From: Aphanothece sp.
GTDB taxonomy: Bacteria; Cyanobacteriota; Cyanobacteriia; PCC-6307; Cyanobiaceae
Reading direction: 5' to 3'
Length of the DNA: 64,000 nt
Assembly: GCA_040381155.1 (NCBI GenBank)
Contig: JBEIHT010000002.1
Coordinates: 194 to 64,193 of the forward strand
Below the pieces are notes generated by a model that did no database searches, had not been told where the DNA came from, and saw only the letters and a program-made list of their open reading frames with translations. The position numbers and the translations under genes are program-made. Below, piece after piece: positions 1 to 12,073 of this stretch. The number at the start of each line of letters is the position of its first letter. The stretch's first letter is position 1.

Positions 1-528
1 AACGTCTCTAGTGGATCGAGCGGTCATCCTCCCTTGCTGCTGGTCTTGGGCAGGTAATAAGCGAGAGCTGATCGCGAAGTGCAGCCTATTGTTGTCGCCA
101 GATCCGTGAAGCATTGATGAAGGCAATCGGTGTGCAAAATACCCACCGGCACGGCGAGAATCTTCTCCAAACAGCAAAGAAGGTCAAGCTTATCAACAGT
201 GAGCCGCTAAACCTCGATTGACAGTGAACATTTAGTCTCCAGGATAAATTAGTTTCAGCATCAAGAAAACAGGGTGGACAACACCAGTCGATGACTCTGA
301 TCGACAATGGACCCAGGTCGAAAGGCAGAAAATCAACGGCTTGCCGTAAGTCGAGTCGCCCAACAGGGTTGATTTCTCTCAATTTCGCCTGACCGCTAGA
401 ATTTCAGTACACAAAGAAGCCGAGAATAAGTGAGGACAGGCGCGTCAGATTGAGAAAGAAGGGATTCTTTTTAGCTATTCTCTGCCCGAATCCTCGCGAT
501 GCCGCAAAGCAGCCACAATCAACCCCAC

Positions 529-554
529 AAAAAAGGGCACTCGCAGGTGCCCTT
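529..554 (-). terminator. Rho-independent terminator downstream of dnaK
   Basis: AAGGGCAC-tcgcag-GTGCCCTT hairpin preceded by an A run on +, which is a U tail on -, about 100 bp past the dnaK stop. Confidence 0.8.
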
Positions 555-656
555 ATGAAACATTATAATACTCAGAAGCCAAGTGGCGAAAGAAAGAACT
601 CAGAGCGATGGAGACCCGCAACTGTCAGGCTGTCCGCCAAGTTGCAGATTACAAAA

Positions 657-2570
657 TCACTTGCTCTCGGTAAATTCCGCGTCGATCACATCGTCGCTGG
701 AGGCGGCACCAGCGCCATTGCCGTTGCTGCCGTTGCCTCCGGGAGCGCCATCCGGAGCACCGGCGGCGCCTGCCTGCTGATAGACAGCGGCACCGGCGGC
801 ATAGAGAGCTTGCTGCAGTTGCTCAAGCACCGACTTCATCGTGGCGGTATCGTCCTTCTCCACGGCCTCCTTGAGCTGGGCGCTGAACTGCTCCACCTTG
901 GCCTTGTCCTCGGCCCCCACCTTGTCGCCGAGTTCTCCGAGCTGCTTGTCGGCCTGGTAGATGAGCGTTTCGGCCTGATTCTTCAGGTCGATCTTCTCAC
1001 GCTTCTCCTTGTCGGCCGTAGCATTGGCCTCGGCATCCTTCACCATCTTCTCCACCTCGTTTTCGCTGAGGGTGGAGGCCCCGGTGATCGAGATGCTCTG
1101 CTCCTTGCCGCTGCCCTTGTCCTTAGCGGTCACGCTGAGGATGCCGTTGGCGTCGATGTCGAAGGTGACCTCGATCTGGGGCACACCCCGGGGCGCCGGC
1201 GGAATGCCATCGAGACGGAACATGCCGAGCGACTTGTTGTCGCTGGCCATCTCGCGCTCGCCCTGGAGCACATGGATCTCCACGTTGGTCTGGCCGTCAA
1301 CGGCGGTGGAATACACCTCCGATTTCTTGGTGGGGATCGTGGTGTTGCGGGTGATCATCTTGGTCATCACGCCACCCAGGGTTTCCACACCGAGGGAGAG
1401 GGGGGTGACATCGAGCAGCAGGATGTCCTTCACCTCACCGGCCAGCACACCGCCCTGGATGGCGGCGCCCACCGCCACCACCTCATCGGGGTTGACGGTC
1501 TGGTTGGGGTCTTTGCCGGTGACCCGCTTGACCAGCTCAAGGATGGCCGGGATGCGGGTGGAGCCGCCCACCATCACCACCTCATCGAGCTCGGCGGCCG
1601 AGAGCTTGGCGTCCTTGAGGGCCTGCTCCACCGGCACCTTGCAGCGGTCGATCAGCTTCGAGGCCAGCTCCTCGAATTTCGCCCGGGTGAGGGTGAGATC
1701 CAGGTGCTTGGGACCCTCCGGCGTGGCGGTGATGAAGGGCAGGTTGATCTCCGCCTGGGTGGCGCTGGAGAGCTCGATCTTGGCCTTCTCGGCAGCCTCG
1801 GTGAGGCGCTGCAGGGCCTGTTTGTCCTGGCGCAGGTCGATGCCCTCATTGCCCTTGAAGGTGGCGGCGAGGTAATCGACGATCACCTTGTCGAAATCGT
1901 CACCGCCCAGGTGGGTGTCGCCACTGGTGGAGAGCACCTCAAACACACCATCACCCACCTCCAGCACCGACACGTCGAAGGTGCCACCGCCCAGGTCGAA
2001 GACCAGGATGCGCTCATTGCTCTTCTTATCGAGGCCATAGGCCAGGGCGGCCGCCGTGGGCTCGTTGATGATCCGCAGCACCTCCAGGCCGGCGATCTTG
2101 CCGGCGTCCTTGGTGGCCTGGCGCTGGGAGTCGTTGAAGTAGGCGGGCACGGTGATCACCGCCTGGGTGACCGTTTCGCCCAGGTACTTGCCGGCGTCGT
2201 CGGCCAGTTTGCGCAGCACCTCGGCGGAGATCTCCTCCGGGGCGAACTGCTTGTTGAGCACCGGGCAGCGCACCTTCACATTGGCGCCGGCCTTCTCCAC
2301 GCCATAGCTCACCTCCTTCGACTCCTCATTCACCTCATCAACCCGGCGGCCGATGAAGCGCTTGACGGAATAAAAAGTGTTCTCCGGATTCATGACCGCC
2401 TGGCGCTTGGCGATCTGACCCACCAGCTTGTCCTGGTTCTTGGTGTAAGCCACCACCGAGGGGGTCGTGCGGAACCCCTCAGCATTGGCGATCACCGTGG
2501 GCTTGCCACCCTCCATCACGGCGACGCAGCTGTTCGTGGTGCCGAGGTCAATGCCGACGACCTTTCCCAT
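657..2570 (-). CDS. dnaK: Molecular chaperone DnaK (Hsp70)
   Basis: Starts [14 protein letters not shown], contains [18 protein letters not shown] and [10 protein letters not shown], ends [11 protein letters not shown]. Start trimmed to the ATG at 2570. Confidence 0.98.
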   Translation of the reverse strand: MGKVVGIDLGTTNSCVAVMEGGKPTVIANAEGFRTTPSVVAYTKNQDKLVGQIAKRQAVMNPENTFYSVKRFIGRRVDEVNEESKEVSYGVEKAGANVKVRCPVLNKQFAPEEISAEVLRKLADDAGKYLGETVTQAVITVPAYFNDSQRQATKDAGKIAGLEVLRIINEPTAAALAYGLDKKSNERILVFDLGGGTFDVSVLEVGDGVFEVLSTSGDTHLGGDDFDKVIVDYLAATFKGNEGIDLRQDKQALQRLTEAAEKAKIELSSATQAEINLPFITATPEGPKHLDLTLTRAKFEELASKLIDRCKVPVEQALKDAKLSAAELDEVVMVGGSTRIPAILELVKRVTGKDPNQTVNPDEVVAVGAAIQGGVLAGEVKDILLLDVTPLSLGVETLGGVMTKMITRNTTIPTKKSEVYSTAVDGQTNVEIHVLQGEREMASDNKSLGMFRLDGIPPAPRGVPQIEVTFDIDANGILSVTAKDKGSGKEQSISITGASTLSENEVEKMVKDAEANATADKEKREKIDLKNQAETLIYQADKQLGELGDKVGAEDKAKVEQFSAQLKEAVEKDDTATMKSVLEQLQQALYAAGAAVYQQAGAAGAPDGAPGGNGSNGNGAGAASSDDVIDAEFTESK

Positions 2571-2746
2571 GGATTCCCACCTCCTGGAGTGGATGAAATG
2601 CGGACTGAGAGCATCTTCAGCAGGGGACTCGCGCCCCGGCGAGGGGTGGTTCCCGAACCCGCTGGGGCCGGTCGGGGCGCCAGAGGCCAGTGCTGGCAAG
2701 GGTTCCAGCGGGTCTACGGTCGGGTGCCGACGGCCGCCGTACCCCC

Positions 2747-3673
2747 ATGCCCCCCGCCCCCCGGAAACCCCAGACGATCCGCGGCAGCACGGCCCTGGTG
2801 GGGGTGATCGGCGATCCGGTGCGCCACTCCCTCTCGCCGGCGATGCACAACGCCGCCCTGGCGCAGCTGGGGCTCGACTGGGCGTATCTGGCCCTCCCCG
2901 TTCCCGAGGCCGAACTGGCGGGGGCGCTGCGGGCCCTGGCGGCGATGGGCTGCCGCGGCCTGAACGTGACGCTTCCCCACAAGCAGACGGTGGCGGGCCT
3001 GGCCGCCGAGCTCAGCCCCCTGGCCGCCCGGTTGGGAGCCGTGAACACCCTGGTGCCCCGGACAGGGGGGGGCTGGTGGGGCACCAACACCGACGTGGAG
3101 GGGTTCAGCGCGCCGCTGCGGGAGGCCCTGGCCGCCGGCGAGAGCTGGCGGGGGCGCAGCGCCCTGGTGCTGGGCTGCGGCGGCAGCGCCCGGGCGGTGG
3201 TGGCGGGACTGGTGGAGCTGGGGCTGGAGCGCATCCGCATCGCCGGCCGGCGCCCCCAGGCCCTGGCGGAGGTTCTGGCGGACTGCCGCGACTGGGCGCC
3301 GGCCCTGCAGACCCTGCCATGGCCGGAGCAGCCGGGGGCGCTGGCCCAGGAGCTGGCCGCCGCCGACCTGGTGGTGCACACCACACCGGTGGGCATGGCG
3401 GCCCCGGGCGACCCGGGCGCGGCCGGCCGCTGCCCGCTGGCGGAGGCCGACCTGGAGGGGCTGGGCGCCGGCTGTGTGGTGTACGACCTCATCTACACCC
3501 CCCGGCCCAGCGAGCTGTTGCGGCGGGCCAGCGCCCGCGGCTGCCGCGTGCTGGACGGCCTGGAGATGCTGGTGCGCCAGGGGGCGGCCTCGTTGCGGCT
3601 GTGGAGCGGCCTGGAGGCCGTGCCCGTGGAGGCGATGCGGGCGGCCGCCCTGGCCCAGCTGGACTCCGCCTAG
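2747..3673 (+). CDS. aroE: Shikimate dehydrogenase
   Basis: [37 protein letters not shown] and GLEMLVRQG motifs. Confidence 0.95.
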   Translation: MPPAPRKPQTIRGSTALVGVIGDPVRHSLSPAMHNAALAQLGLDWAYLALPVPEAELAGALRALAAMGCRGLNVTLPHKQTVAGLAAELSPLAARLGAVNTLVPRTGGGWWGTNTDVEGFSAPLREALAAGESWRGRSALVLGCGGSARAVVAGLVELGLERIRIAGRRPQALAEVLADCRDWAPALQTLPWPEQPGALAQELAAADLVVHTTPVGMAAPGDPGAAGRCPLAEADLEGLGAGCVVYDLIYTPRPSELLRRASARGCRVLDGLEMLVRQGAASLRLWSGLEAVPVEAMRAAALAQLDSA

Positions 3674-3704
3674 CCTTGACGCCACCTGGCCCCGACACGA
3701 TCCG

Positions 3705-4172
3705 ATGCAGGACCCTCCCCTCTGGCAGCGCCTGGTCGCGGCTCTGGCGTACCTGCTGCCCTGGAGCGACGGGATCGGCTTCGGCACCTCCCTGTTCCGG
3801 GAGTTTCCCGCGCTGCTCTGGCTGGCCCTGCCGGCCGCGCCGCTGCAGATCCTGCAGAACGCCGTCCCCCTGGGCAGCCTGGTGCTGTTCCTCGTGCTGT
3901 TCCTCGCCGTCGCCCGCAACCCGCAGGTGCCCTACTTCGTGCGCTTCGCCGTGCTCCAGGCCCTGCTGATCGACATCGTGCTGGTGTTGCTCCAGCTGGC
4001 CTTCCAGACCCTCTTCCCCTCCCTGGCGGACACCTTCCTGGTGCGCACCCTCACCAACGCCGTCTTCCTCGGCACCTTGCTGGTGGTGCTCTACGGCATG
4101 GTCGAGGCCGCCCGCGGGCGGGAGGCCGAGATCCCCACCGTCTCCGAGGCGGTGCGCATGCAGCTGTTCTGA
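3705..4172 (+). CDS. Tic20 family membrane protein
   Basis: LAYLLPW...VARNPQVPYFVRF..LQALLIDI...EIPTVSEAV signature; hydrophobic; usual position between aroE and rpsF. Confidence 0.85.
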   Translation: MQDPPLWQRLVAALAYLLPWSDGIGFGTSLFREFPALLWLALPAAPLQILQNAVPLGSLVLFLVLFLAVARNPQVPYFVRFAVLQALLIDIVLVLLQLAFQTLFPSLADTFLVRTLTNAVFLGTLLVVLYGMVEAARGREAEIPTVSEAVRMQLF

Positions 4173-4283
4173 GGGGCGCTCCGGGAGAGGCGCTGCGATA
4201 GGTTTCTGAATCCGTCGCTGGTGGTCGGCTCCGCCGGATCCCGCCCCCAGCCCCTCCCCAGGGCGACCAAGACGCACCCTCCC

Positions 4284-4661
4284 ATGACCGACTCCTACTA
4301 CGAAACGATGTACATCCTCCGCCCGGACATCCCGGAGGAGGAGGTGGAGAGCCATGTCACCCGCTATCGCGACATCGTCAGCGAGGCCGGTGGCCAGGTG
4401 CTCGACACCCAGATGCGCGGCAAGCGCCGCCTGGCCTACCCGATCGCCAAGCATCGGGAAGGCATCTACGTGCAGCTGAACCACGACGGCGACGGCCAGC
4501 AGGTGGCCCCCCTGGAGCGGGCCATGCGCCTCTCGGAGGATGTGATCCGCTACCTCACCGTCAAACAGTCCGGCCCGATGCCCGCCCCCCGCACCATCGC
4601 GGTGGAAGCGGCAGAGCCGGCGGCCCCAGCGCCCGCCACGGCGGCCGCCAGCGCCGAGTGA
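4284..4661 (+). CDS. rpsF: 30S ribosomal protein S6
   Basis: [20 protein letters not shown] and LSEDVIRYL motifs. Confidence 0.97.
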   Translation: MTDSYYETMYILRPDIPEEEVESHVTRYRDIVSEAGGQVLDTQMRGKRRLAYPIAKHREGIYVQLNHDGDGQQVAPLERAMRLSEDVIRYLTVKQSGPMPAPRTIAVEAAEPAAPAPATAAASAE

Positions 4662-5233
4662 ACCCGAAGTCGACCCTTGTGCTCCCGGTTTCACCCACCT
4701 AGAATCCCCCGGACTTGAGGGGATGGTGATGAGCGATTCCAGCGAATACCAAGCCTCGTTGCGGCGGGAGGCCCGGGCGGCCTCCGTCTCCAACCGCTGG
4801 TGGGAAAACGAGGGCCTGGCCCCGGCTGCGGCCGAACGCCCTGCTCCCGTGCCCGCCCCCGCCGGCTCCCTCGGGCCGGCGCCGCCGCCGCCCCCACCGC
4901 CGGAGGCGGCCTCCTACCAGGAGCAGGCGAGGCTCCGCCTGGAACTGGAGGCCGCCCGCGACGAGATCGCGGCTCTCCATGAAATGCTGGAGGATCTCCC
5001 GCAGATCTTCGAGCGCAAGTTCCGCCAGCGGGTTCAAGGGCTGGTGGAGGAGCAGAGCCGCCTTCTGGAGGACAACCAGCTCCTGCGCGACAGGCTCTAC
5101 GCCCTCACGCCCGTCACCCCGACGGCCCTGCTGCCCCCCTCAGCCTCCGTGCCATCGCGCCCCTTCTCCTCGCGACCCGGTCTGCGCCAGGCGGTGCGGG
5201 CCGCCCTGGTGAGCCTGCGCCCCAGGCCGCGGC

Positions 5234-6468
<1,235 letters not shown>

Positions 6469-6472
<4 letters not shown>

Positions 6473-6705
6473 GCCCGCGTCTCCTCACTGGTTCGGACCG
6501 ATTCTGTCCCCTCGACCGGCAGGGCCCAGCGGCGCAGCACCACCACCACGGTGGCGAGGGGGGGCAACAGCAGCAGGGCCAGCACCAGATCGGCCCGGAT
6601 CGGCGGCGGGGCCGACCAGCGCTGCCCTGCCCACACCAGCAGGCCGCTGAGGGCGAGGGCGAGGGTCCAGAGGCGGGCCACGGGACCGAACTGGCGGAGG
6701 GGCAT
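6469..6705 (-). CDS. Small hypothetical membrane protein
   Basis: Two hydrophobic stretches; stop overlaps the argG start (ATGA coupling). Confidence 0.6.
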
Positions 6706-6785
6706 CGGAGGAAACCTGTTGGCCTGGCAGTGCAGACGGTAGGCTGACGGATTGGACTTTCTGGATCCAGCCCGCTGGAGCCCGC

Positions 6786-7037
6786 ATGAGCATCCTCGAT
6801 ACGATCAACCCTTCGCTCACCCGTTACCGGCGCGATGAACCGGCGCCGGTGCTGCCGCTACGGGATGAGCCCGACCTGCTCAGCCTGCTGGAGGCCAGCG
6901 GCCGCCTGGTGGCGGATGAGGAGAGCGCCGGCACCGATGTGAGCACCGTGGAGGAGGAGGAGCTCTCGGCGCTGATGGGCGAGAAGGAGGATTACAACCA
7001 GGTGGACGACACCGCCGAGGAGGACTGGGAAGACTGA
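6786..7037 (+). CDS. DUF3134-like small acidic cyanobacterial protein
   Basis: [30 protein letters not shown] motif; typical position upstream of mraY. Confidence 0.75.
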   Translation: MSILDTINPSLTRYRRDEPAPVLPLRDEPDLLSLLEASGRLVADEESAGTDVSTVEEEELSALMGEKEDYNQVDDTAEEDWED

Positions 7038-7044
7038 CCCCGCC

Positions 7045-8121
7045 ATGAAGGTGCCCGACGGCAGACTGCCCGCCGCTCTGCTGGCCTTGATCGTGCTGGG
7101 CGCCTGCCTGGCCGCCGACTGGCGGGTGAGCAATTCGATGCTCACCGTGCCCCTGCTGGTGGCGTTCGCCGTGAGCGCCGGGGTGGCCGCCTGGGGAGTG
7201 CCGCGGCTGCGGCGCCTCAAGCTCGGCCAGGTGATCCGCGACGAAGGTCCCCAGGCCCACCAGAGCAAGGCGGGCACCCCCACCATGGGGGGGCTGCTGG
7301 TGGTGCCGGTGGGGGTGCTGGTGGGCGCCCTGGTGGCCCCCACGGATCCGCGCCTGCTGGCGGTGGCCGCCGTGACCCTGGCGTTCATGGCCATCGGCGC
7401 GGTCGATGACTGGCGCAGCCTCACCCGCCAGACGAACACCGGGCTGACTCCCAGGGGCAAGCTGCTGCTGCAGGGGGGGGCCGCCCTGCTGTTTCTGATC
7501 TGGGCCGCCCTGGGCGGCTGGCTGGGGGGCGCCGCAGCCGGGGATGTGGGGCTGCCCTTCGGCTGGATCCTGCCCCTCGGGCTGTTGATCTGGCCCCTGG
7601 GATTGTTCGTGTTTCTGGCGGAGAGCAACGCCACCAACCTCACCGATGGGCTCGATGGCCTGGCCGCCGGCTGCGGCGCGATCGTGTTCAGCGGACTGGG
7701 GCTGCAACTGATGCTGCGCGGCAACGACGGCGATCCAGCCCTGGCGGCCTTCTGCCTCGCCATGGCGGGCTGCTGGCTGGGATTCCTCAGCCAGAACCGC
7801 CATCCGGCACGGGTGTTCATGGGGGACACCGGCTCGCTGGCGATGGGCGCGGCCCTCAGCGCCGTCGCCCTGCTGGGGGACAGCCTCTGGCCCCTGCTGC
7901 TGATGGGGGGGGTGTTCCTGGCCGAGTCCCTCTCGGTGATCCTGCAGGTGTGGGTGTTCAAGGCCACCAAGGGCCCCGACGGCCAGGGGCGTCGCCTGTT
8001 CCGGATGGCCCCGCTGCACCACCACTTCGAACTGGGCGGCCTCGGCGAGGAAAGGGTGGTGCTCGCGTTCTGGGGCGCCAGCCTGATACTGGTGGTGGTG
8101 GGGTTGCTCCTCCGCCCCTGA
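7045..8121 (+). CDS. mraY: Phospho-N-acetylmuramoyl-pentapeptide transferase
   Basis: [32 protein letters not shown] and [10 protein letters not shown] motifs. Confidence 0.97.
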   Translation: MKVPDGRLPAALLALIVLGACLAADWRVSNSMLTVPLLVAFAVSAGVAAWGVPRLRRLKLGQVIRDEGPQAHQSKAGTPTMGGLLVVPVGVLVGALVAPTDPRLLAVAAVTLAFMAIGAVDDWRSLTRQTNTGLTPRGKLLLQGGAALLFLIWAALGGWLGGAAAGDVGLPFGWILPLGLLIWPLGLFVFLAESNATNLTDGLDGLAAGCGAIVFSGLGLQLMLRGNDGDPALAAFCLAMAGCWLGFLSQNRHPARVFMGDTGSLAMGAALSAVALLGDSLWPLLLMGGVFLAESLSVILQVWVFKATKGPDGQGRRLFRMAPLHHHFELGGLGEERVVLAFWGASLILVVVGLLLRP

Positions 8122-8144
8122 CCCCCCTTACCGCCACTCCCGCC

Positions 8145-8396
8145 ATGGCCCATTTCACCTGGAAGGAAGCCGGCCTCACCAGCGACTGCGCCAGCCTGGA
8201 TGCCATGGCCGCCCGCTTTGAGGAATCCGCCGCCCTGATGCGACGCATGGCGGCCGAAGGTTTCCAACTGGACCGTGACCACGATGGTGTGGCCCGCATC
8301 ACCCATCCCGATCCGGGGGTGTTCGAGGCCTACGGGTTCATCAACGAGGAGTCTCCGGAACGGCAACTCCAGTTGCTGCAGGACGAGAGCGCCTGA
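8145..8396 (+). CDS. Conserved hypothetical picocyanobacterial protein
   Basis: MAHFTWKEAGLTSDCASLDAMAARFEE...; ATG at 8145, strong GC3 codon bias. Confidence 0.7.
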   Translation: MAHFTWKEAGLTSDCASLDAMAARFEESAALMRRMAAEGFQLDRDHDGVARITHPDPGVFEAYGFINEESPERQLQLLQDESA

Positions 8397-8421
8397 TGAC
8401 CCGGAAAGGTGACGGAGGCCT

Positions 8422-8604
8422 TCAGCGGCGGCGCAGGTAGCCGACGACCCAAACCACTACGAAGGCCAGGGACGAGAGCCCCAGATAAATCAATGTGCCC
8501 TTCTGGAGAGCGGCGATGTCGAAACCAAAGAGGCTGAAGCCATCCACGACGTCCCCGGCGGTCTGGAAAGCCAGGAGACGCTGAGACAGCAGGAAGACAG
8601 GCAT
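8422..8604 (-). CDS. Small single-TM hypothetical protein
   Basis: 60 aa with a C-terminal TM helix and RRR tail. Confidence 0.6.
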   Translation of the reverse strand: MPVFLLSQRLLAFQTAGDVVDGFSLFGFDIAALQKGTLIYLGLSSLAFVVVWVVGYLRRR

Positions 8605-8684
8605 CAGGACAGCCGGGAATTCACGTCAGTAAGGATGGAGCGCAAGCGGGCCTTAAACATGGACGATGCAATCGTAACGCTTCT

Positions 8685-9659
8685 TCAAGCGGGATCCGCG
8701 CCACTGCTTTCCGGGGGAGCCGATGATTCAAGAGATGAACCAGGGGCAGGGGCGGGGAGGCTGGTGGGGACCGATCGCCAGAAGCTGCCGTAACTTTTCT
8801 GCCAGGCATGACAGCCAAAGGGCAGGCGATCGGGGTCAAGGTAACGCTGAGCGAAGTATGCCGGATTCTCGTCCAGAGAAAAACATGACGCAACAGAAGG
8901 CTCTGGAACGGAAAAGCGAGGGAAAACTCGCGGCACGAGCAACCCAAGGAGGATATCCTCATGCAAACCACAACGGGCGTAATACGCCAGCGAATTGCGC
9001 CAGGATGTCAAACGCAGCAAAACCAGAAGAACGCGATTGACCATCCGCAACAAGGAACCGACAGAGGCTGCCGCGGCCCAGGGCTGAAGGGGGGCGTGAG
9101 CGCGAAGGAGTTCCCGCGCCCCGAGAACGGGCCATGAGCGAAAACGCCAGGAGGAAAGCACGTTGCAATGCTGAGCGACGTGACGAAGCGAAAGGCCGCC
9201 GTTACCCACCACTTCCCTGGGATAGTTCAGCCCGAGGGGGAGATCCTCCAGAGAGAGCAGGGGTGCCCCCAGATAGGCGCAACGCAATCGCAGCCAGGGA
9301 GCGAGGTCCGCCGAGAAGAGCCAGGCGTCCAACTGAACAAGCAGAATATAGTTCCAGCCCAGAAACTGCCTATAGAATAAAGGAGAAAGCATCAACTCGC
9401 TGTAAGTCCTCGTTGAGGCAAAGTACCTGGCCGGCAAGAAAAGGGTCTCCACGTTTCGCCGCACGGCTGAGGCCTCACCCAGGAGCGTTGCCAGGGCAGG
9501 GTCACGGCCGGGGTCGAGACCTTGGGGACAAACGAGACGGATTGGATAAGCAACAAGCAGTCGGATGGTGTTGGCCAGAGAGGCGAGCTCAGCCTCAGGC
9601 AAAGGAATCCGATATATAGGAATGACAATACAGCAACTATTTTCGGCTTGGCCTGGCAT
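8685..9659 (-). CDS. DUF5672-like glycosyltransferase-fold protein
   Basis: IVIPIY, YILLVQLDAW, YLGAP, VGNGGLSLR, HEDI and PFGCHAW motifs; lower GC than core genes. Confidence 0.75.
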   Translation of the reverse strand: MPGQAENSCCIVIPIYRIPLPEAELASLANTIRLLVAYPIRLVCPQGLDPGRDPALATLLGEASAVRRNVETLFLPARYFASTRTYSELMLSPLFYRQFLGWNYILLVQLDAWLFSADLAPWLRLRCAYLGAPLLSLEDLPLGLNYPREVVGNGGLSLRHVAQHCNVLSSWRFRSWPVLGARELLRAHAPLQPWAAAASVGSLLRMVNRVLLVLLRLTSWRNSLAYYARCGLHEDILLGLLVPRVFPRFSVPEPSVASCFSLDENPAYFAQRYLDPDRLPFGCHAWQKSYGSFWRSVPTSLPAPAPGSSLESSAPPESSGADPA

Positions 9660-9748
9660 CAGTCGTGCACGCAGAAAAGATCAGACAACAGCATCTAGAT
9701 GGAGATCACCAGCACACGGCTCTTGTAGGCGACCATCAAGGATGCGAA

Positions 9749-10756
9749 TCACTGGGCGAACCTGGACTGCCCATTGGCCCGCAGCACAAAGTTTCGAACC
9801 TTGCGTGGATAATGCAGTGGTTGTTTTAAGGCAGTGCAGAATTTTGCCGCAAGAGGATCGAGTAATCGACCCCTTAAAGAGGCTTTGTAGCGAAGAACCT
9901 TGCCAGCGATATGGTTATCGAATGTATAGCGGTCAGCAACCACATCATTGATGCAGAAGCTGGGATGGACCAGGGGACCCAAACCCCCGGAGGCGATGTG
10001 GGTCAGACGATCATCGGTTGTGTGGGTGGCATCAGCACCGAAGCCGATATTGCTGACGAGATTTTTGTTTGGCAGCACGGATAATCCTGCATTGGTGAGA
10101 CAGGAGAAAAACCATTGATAGTCCCACCATGAAAGGGGTTCCGACTGCAGGTAGGTGCGCCACCAGATCTCAGCCCAATAGGCCCGCTCGACAGGGTCAA
10201 CAAAGAGGGAGGGGAAATAACCATGATCAACGATGGTGGGCCACAGCTTCAAATCCCGATCAAAAAAACGCCAGCGACTCCGCCAGCTTGCCCAGCCCCA
10301 GCAATGGGCATAGCGGCTGAAGTAGTAACTTCCATCGCCACGCCAGTGGCCATCCTGAAGATTGCTGCCGCCGATGCTCCAAACACGCTCATCGTCGCGA
10401 TAACGCTGAAGAAGGACTTCACAGAAAGGAAAGAAGTCAGGATGGGGTACACAATCGTCTTCAAGGATGATGCCCTCGCTTTCATTCTCAAAAAACCAGC
10501 TGATGGCACGGATGGGCCCAACGCTGCAGCCTTGGTTTTCCAAACTGAACAGGTGCTGTACATGGCAAGGCCAATCGACCTCTTTCTCGATGACTTCACG
10601 GGTTGCGGTGACTTTTTCTTCCTCGTCAGGGCGGGATGGATTGGGGCCATCGCAGGCCACATAGAAGCGATCAGGAGCATATCTGCGCACGGCGTCAATG
10701 ACCTCACGCGTTGTATGCGGGCGGCGCCAGGCAATGAGCAGAACGGCTACCGACAT
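9749..10756 (-). CDS. GT-A nucleotide-diphospho-sugar transferase (GT2-like), paralog 1
   Basis: VLLIAWRRP, YVACDG, AISWFF, IILEDDCVP, WGWASW and NLVSNIGFG motifs; start taken at MSVAV. Confidence 0.85.
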   Translation of the reverse strand: MSVAVLLIAWRRPHTTREVIDAVRRYAPDRFYVACDGPNPSRPDEEEKVTATREVIEKEVDWPCHVQHLFSLENQGCSVGPIRAISWFFENESEGIILEDDCVPHPDFFPFCEVLLQRYRDDERVWSIGGSNLQDGHWRGDGSYYFSRYAHCWGWASWRSRWRFFDRDLKLWPTIVDHGYFPSLFVDPVERAYWAEIWWRTYLQSEPLSWWDYQWFFSCLTNAGLSVLPNKNLVSNIGFGADATHTTDDRLTHIASGGLGPLVHPSFCINDVVADRYTFDNHIAGKVLRYKASLRGRLLDPLAAKFCTALKQPLHYPRKVRNFVLRANGQSRFAQ

Positions 10757-10933
10757 GCTCGGGGAGCACGGATAAGGAGAAATTCTAGCTGGCTTTCGAA
10801 GCGTAGGCAATCAGGGGGAAGTGGCCTGGCGAATCGGCAAGCAACGCCCATCCGCATGGGGTCTCTCGCGGGACCCTGCCGGAGGGGCCAGCAGCAGGCA
10901 TGGGAAAGCCGGACTAGGCAGAAGCATGGGCGC

Positions 10934-11929
10934 TCACCCTGATGAGGGGCTGCGGCCGGTTAACCAACGAATCAGTTTTCTTGGATAATGGGTGGGGTGT
11001 TGCAGGGCGATCCCGATGCGAGCCAGGAAAGGATCGAGCAGCGATCCTTTGAACGATGCTTGGTAACGCATCGTCTTACCCGCAATGTGGTGGTAAAAGG
11101 TGTAGAGATCAGCTTCTCTGTCAACCAATACGAACGTGGGCTGCTGCCATTCGCTGGGCCCATCCTCCATGCGGTGGATTACTCTGCTGTCGGTTGTATG
11201 GGTTGCCTCAGGGCCAAAACCGATGTTGCTGACAAGGTTGCGATTCGGCAACGCTGTAAGTCCGCCCATGGATATACACGTAAATATCCAACGATAGGCC
11301 CAGGAGTCTGGATGATTATCTTTGTAGAGTCTGTCCCAGACACCAGTCCAGTAACCACGCTCCTCAGGGGTGGGAAAGATAGCCTCGAGCAGGCCAGATT
11401 CCTTCATTCGGGGCCAACGCAAAAGGTCACTGTCATACTGCTGCCAACAGCGGCGCCAGCTTGCCCAGCCCCAACAGTGAGGGTAGCGGCTGAAATAATA
11501 ACCGCCGTCTCCGCGCCATTGTCCGTGCTGGAAATTATTGCCGCTGATACACCAGATTCTATCATCATCACGGTAGCGCTCAAGCAGGGTATTGCAATAG
11601 GAGAAGAAATCAGCATGCGGCACGCAGTCATCCTCAAGGATGATCCCCTCCTCTTCATGGTCAAAAAACCAGGAGATGGCCCGACTCACGGCCTGACGGC
11701 AGCCATAATTTGTATTGTTGAAAAGCCGCTGAACCTGGCAGTCCCAATCAATGTTCTGATCGATCAGCTGACGGGTAGCTTCGACCTTTCCAGACTCATC
11801 AGGCCTGCCGGGAAGGGCGCCATCACAAGCGACATAAAAGCGGGTTGGGGCGTATTCCCGAATGGACTGAAGAACCTTCAATGTGGTGTCAGGACGGCGC
11901 CAGGCCAGGAGAAGAACCGCTGCCTTCAT
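10934..11929 (-). CDS. GT-A nucleotide-diphospho-sugar transferase (GT2-like), paralog 2
   Basis: Same motif set as the neighbouring gene (IILEDDCVP, WGWASWRR, NLVSNIGFG). Confidence 0.85.
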   Translation of the reverse strand: MKAAVLLLAWRRPDTTLKVLQSIREYAPTRFYVACDGALPGRPDESGKVEATRQLIDQNIDWDCQVQRLFNNTNYGCRQAVSRAISWFFDHEEEGIILEDDCVPHADFFSYCNTLLERYRDDDRIWCISGNNFQHGQWRGDGGYYFSRYPHCWGWASWRRCWQQYDSDLLRWPRMKESGLLEAIFPTPEERGYWTGVWDRLYKDNHPDSWAYRWIFTCISMGGLTALPNRNLVSNIGFGPEATHTTDSRVIHRMEDGPSEWQQPTFVLVDREADLYTFYHHIAGKTMRYQASFKGSLLDPFLARIGIALQHPTHYPRKLIRWLTGRSPSSG

Positions 11930-12073
11930 ACGTGGTGGGGATCGCCATTGAGCCTATCGCTTTATCCTGGTTGCACGGCAGGGTTCTCAAAACAATCCTG
12001 CTGATTCAGGGCGTCTCAGGTCGCCGTCAGGCCAGGATCAGCCTTTGTTCCCGGCCCCGAGGAGGGCAACGCG

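Noticed and set aside
86-382. 98-aa minus-strand ORF
   Set aside because: TTG start, no motifs and no codon-bias support.
2571-2746. Search for a CIRCE element upstream of dnaK (and of grpE-dnaJ)
   Set aside because: No TTAGCACTC-N9-GAGTGCTAA inverted repeat is visible.
450-2807. 785-aa plus-strand ORF antisense to dnaK
   Set aside because: Well-known shadow ORF opposite dnaK (often mis-annotated as NAD-specific glutamate dehydrogenase), produced by codon bias.
4200-4283. Possible structured rpsF leader RNA
   Set aside because: Only weak pairing, as expected by chance in GC-rich DNA; it cannot be supported without covariance analysis.
7473-7480. G8 run in mraY
   Set aside because: In frame in an essential gene; G/C runs are common at this GC content.
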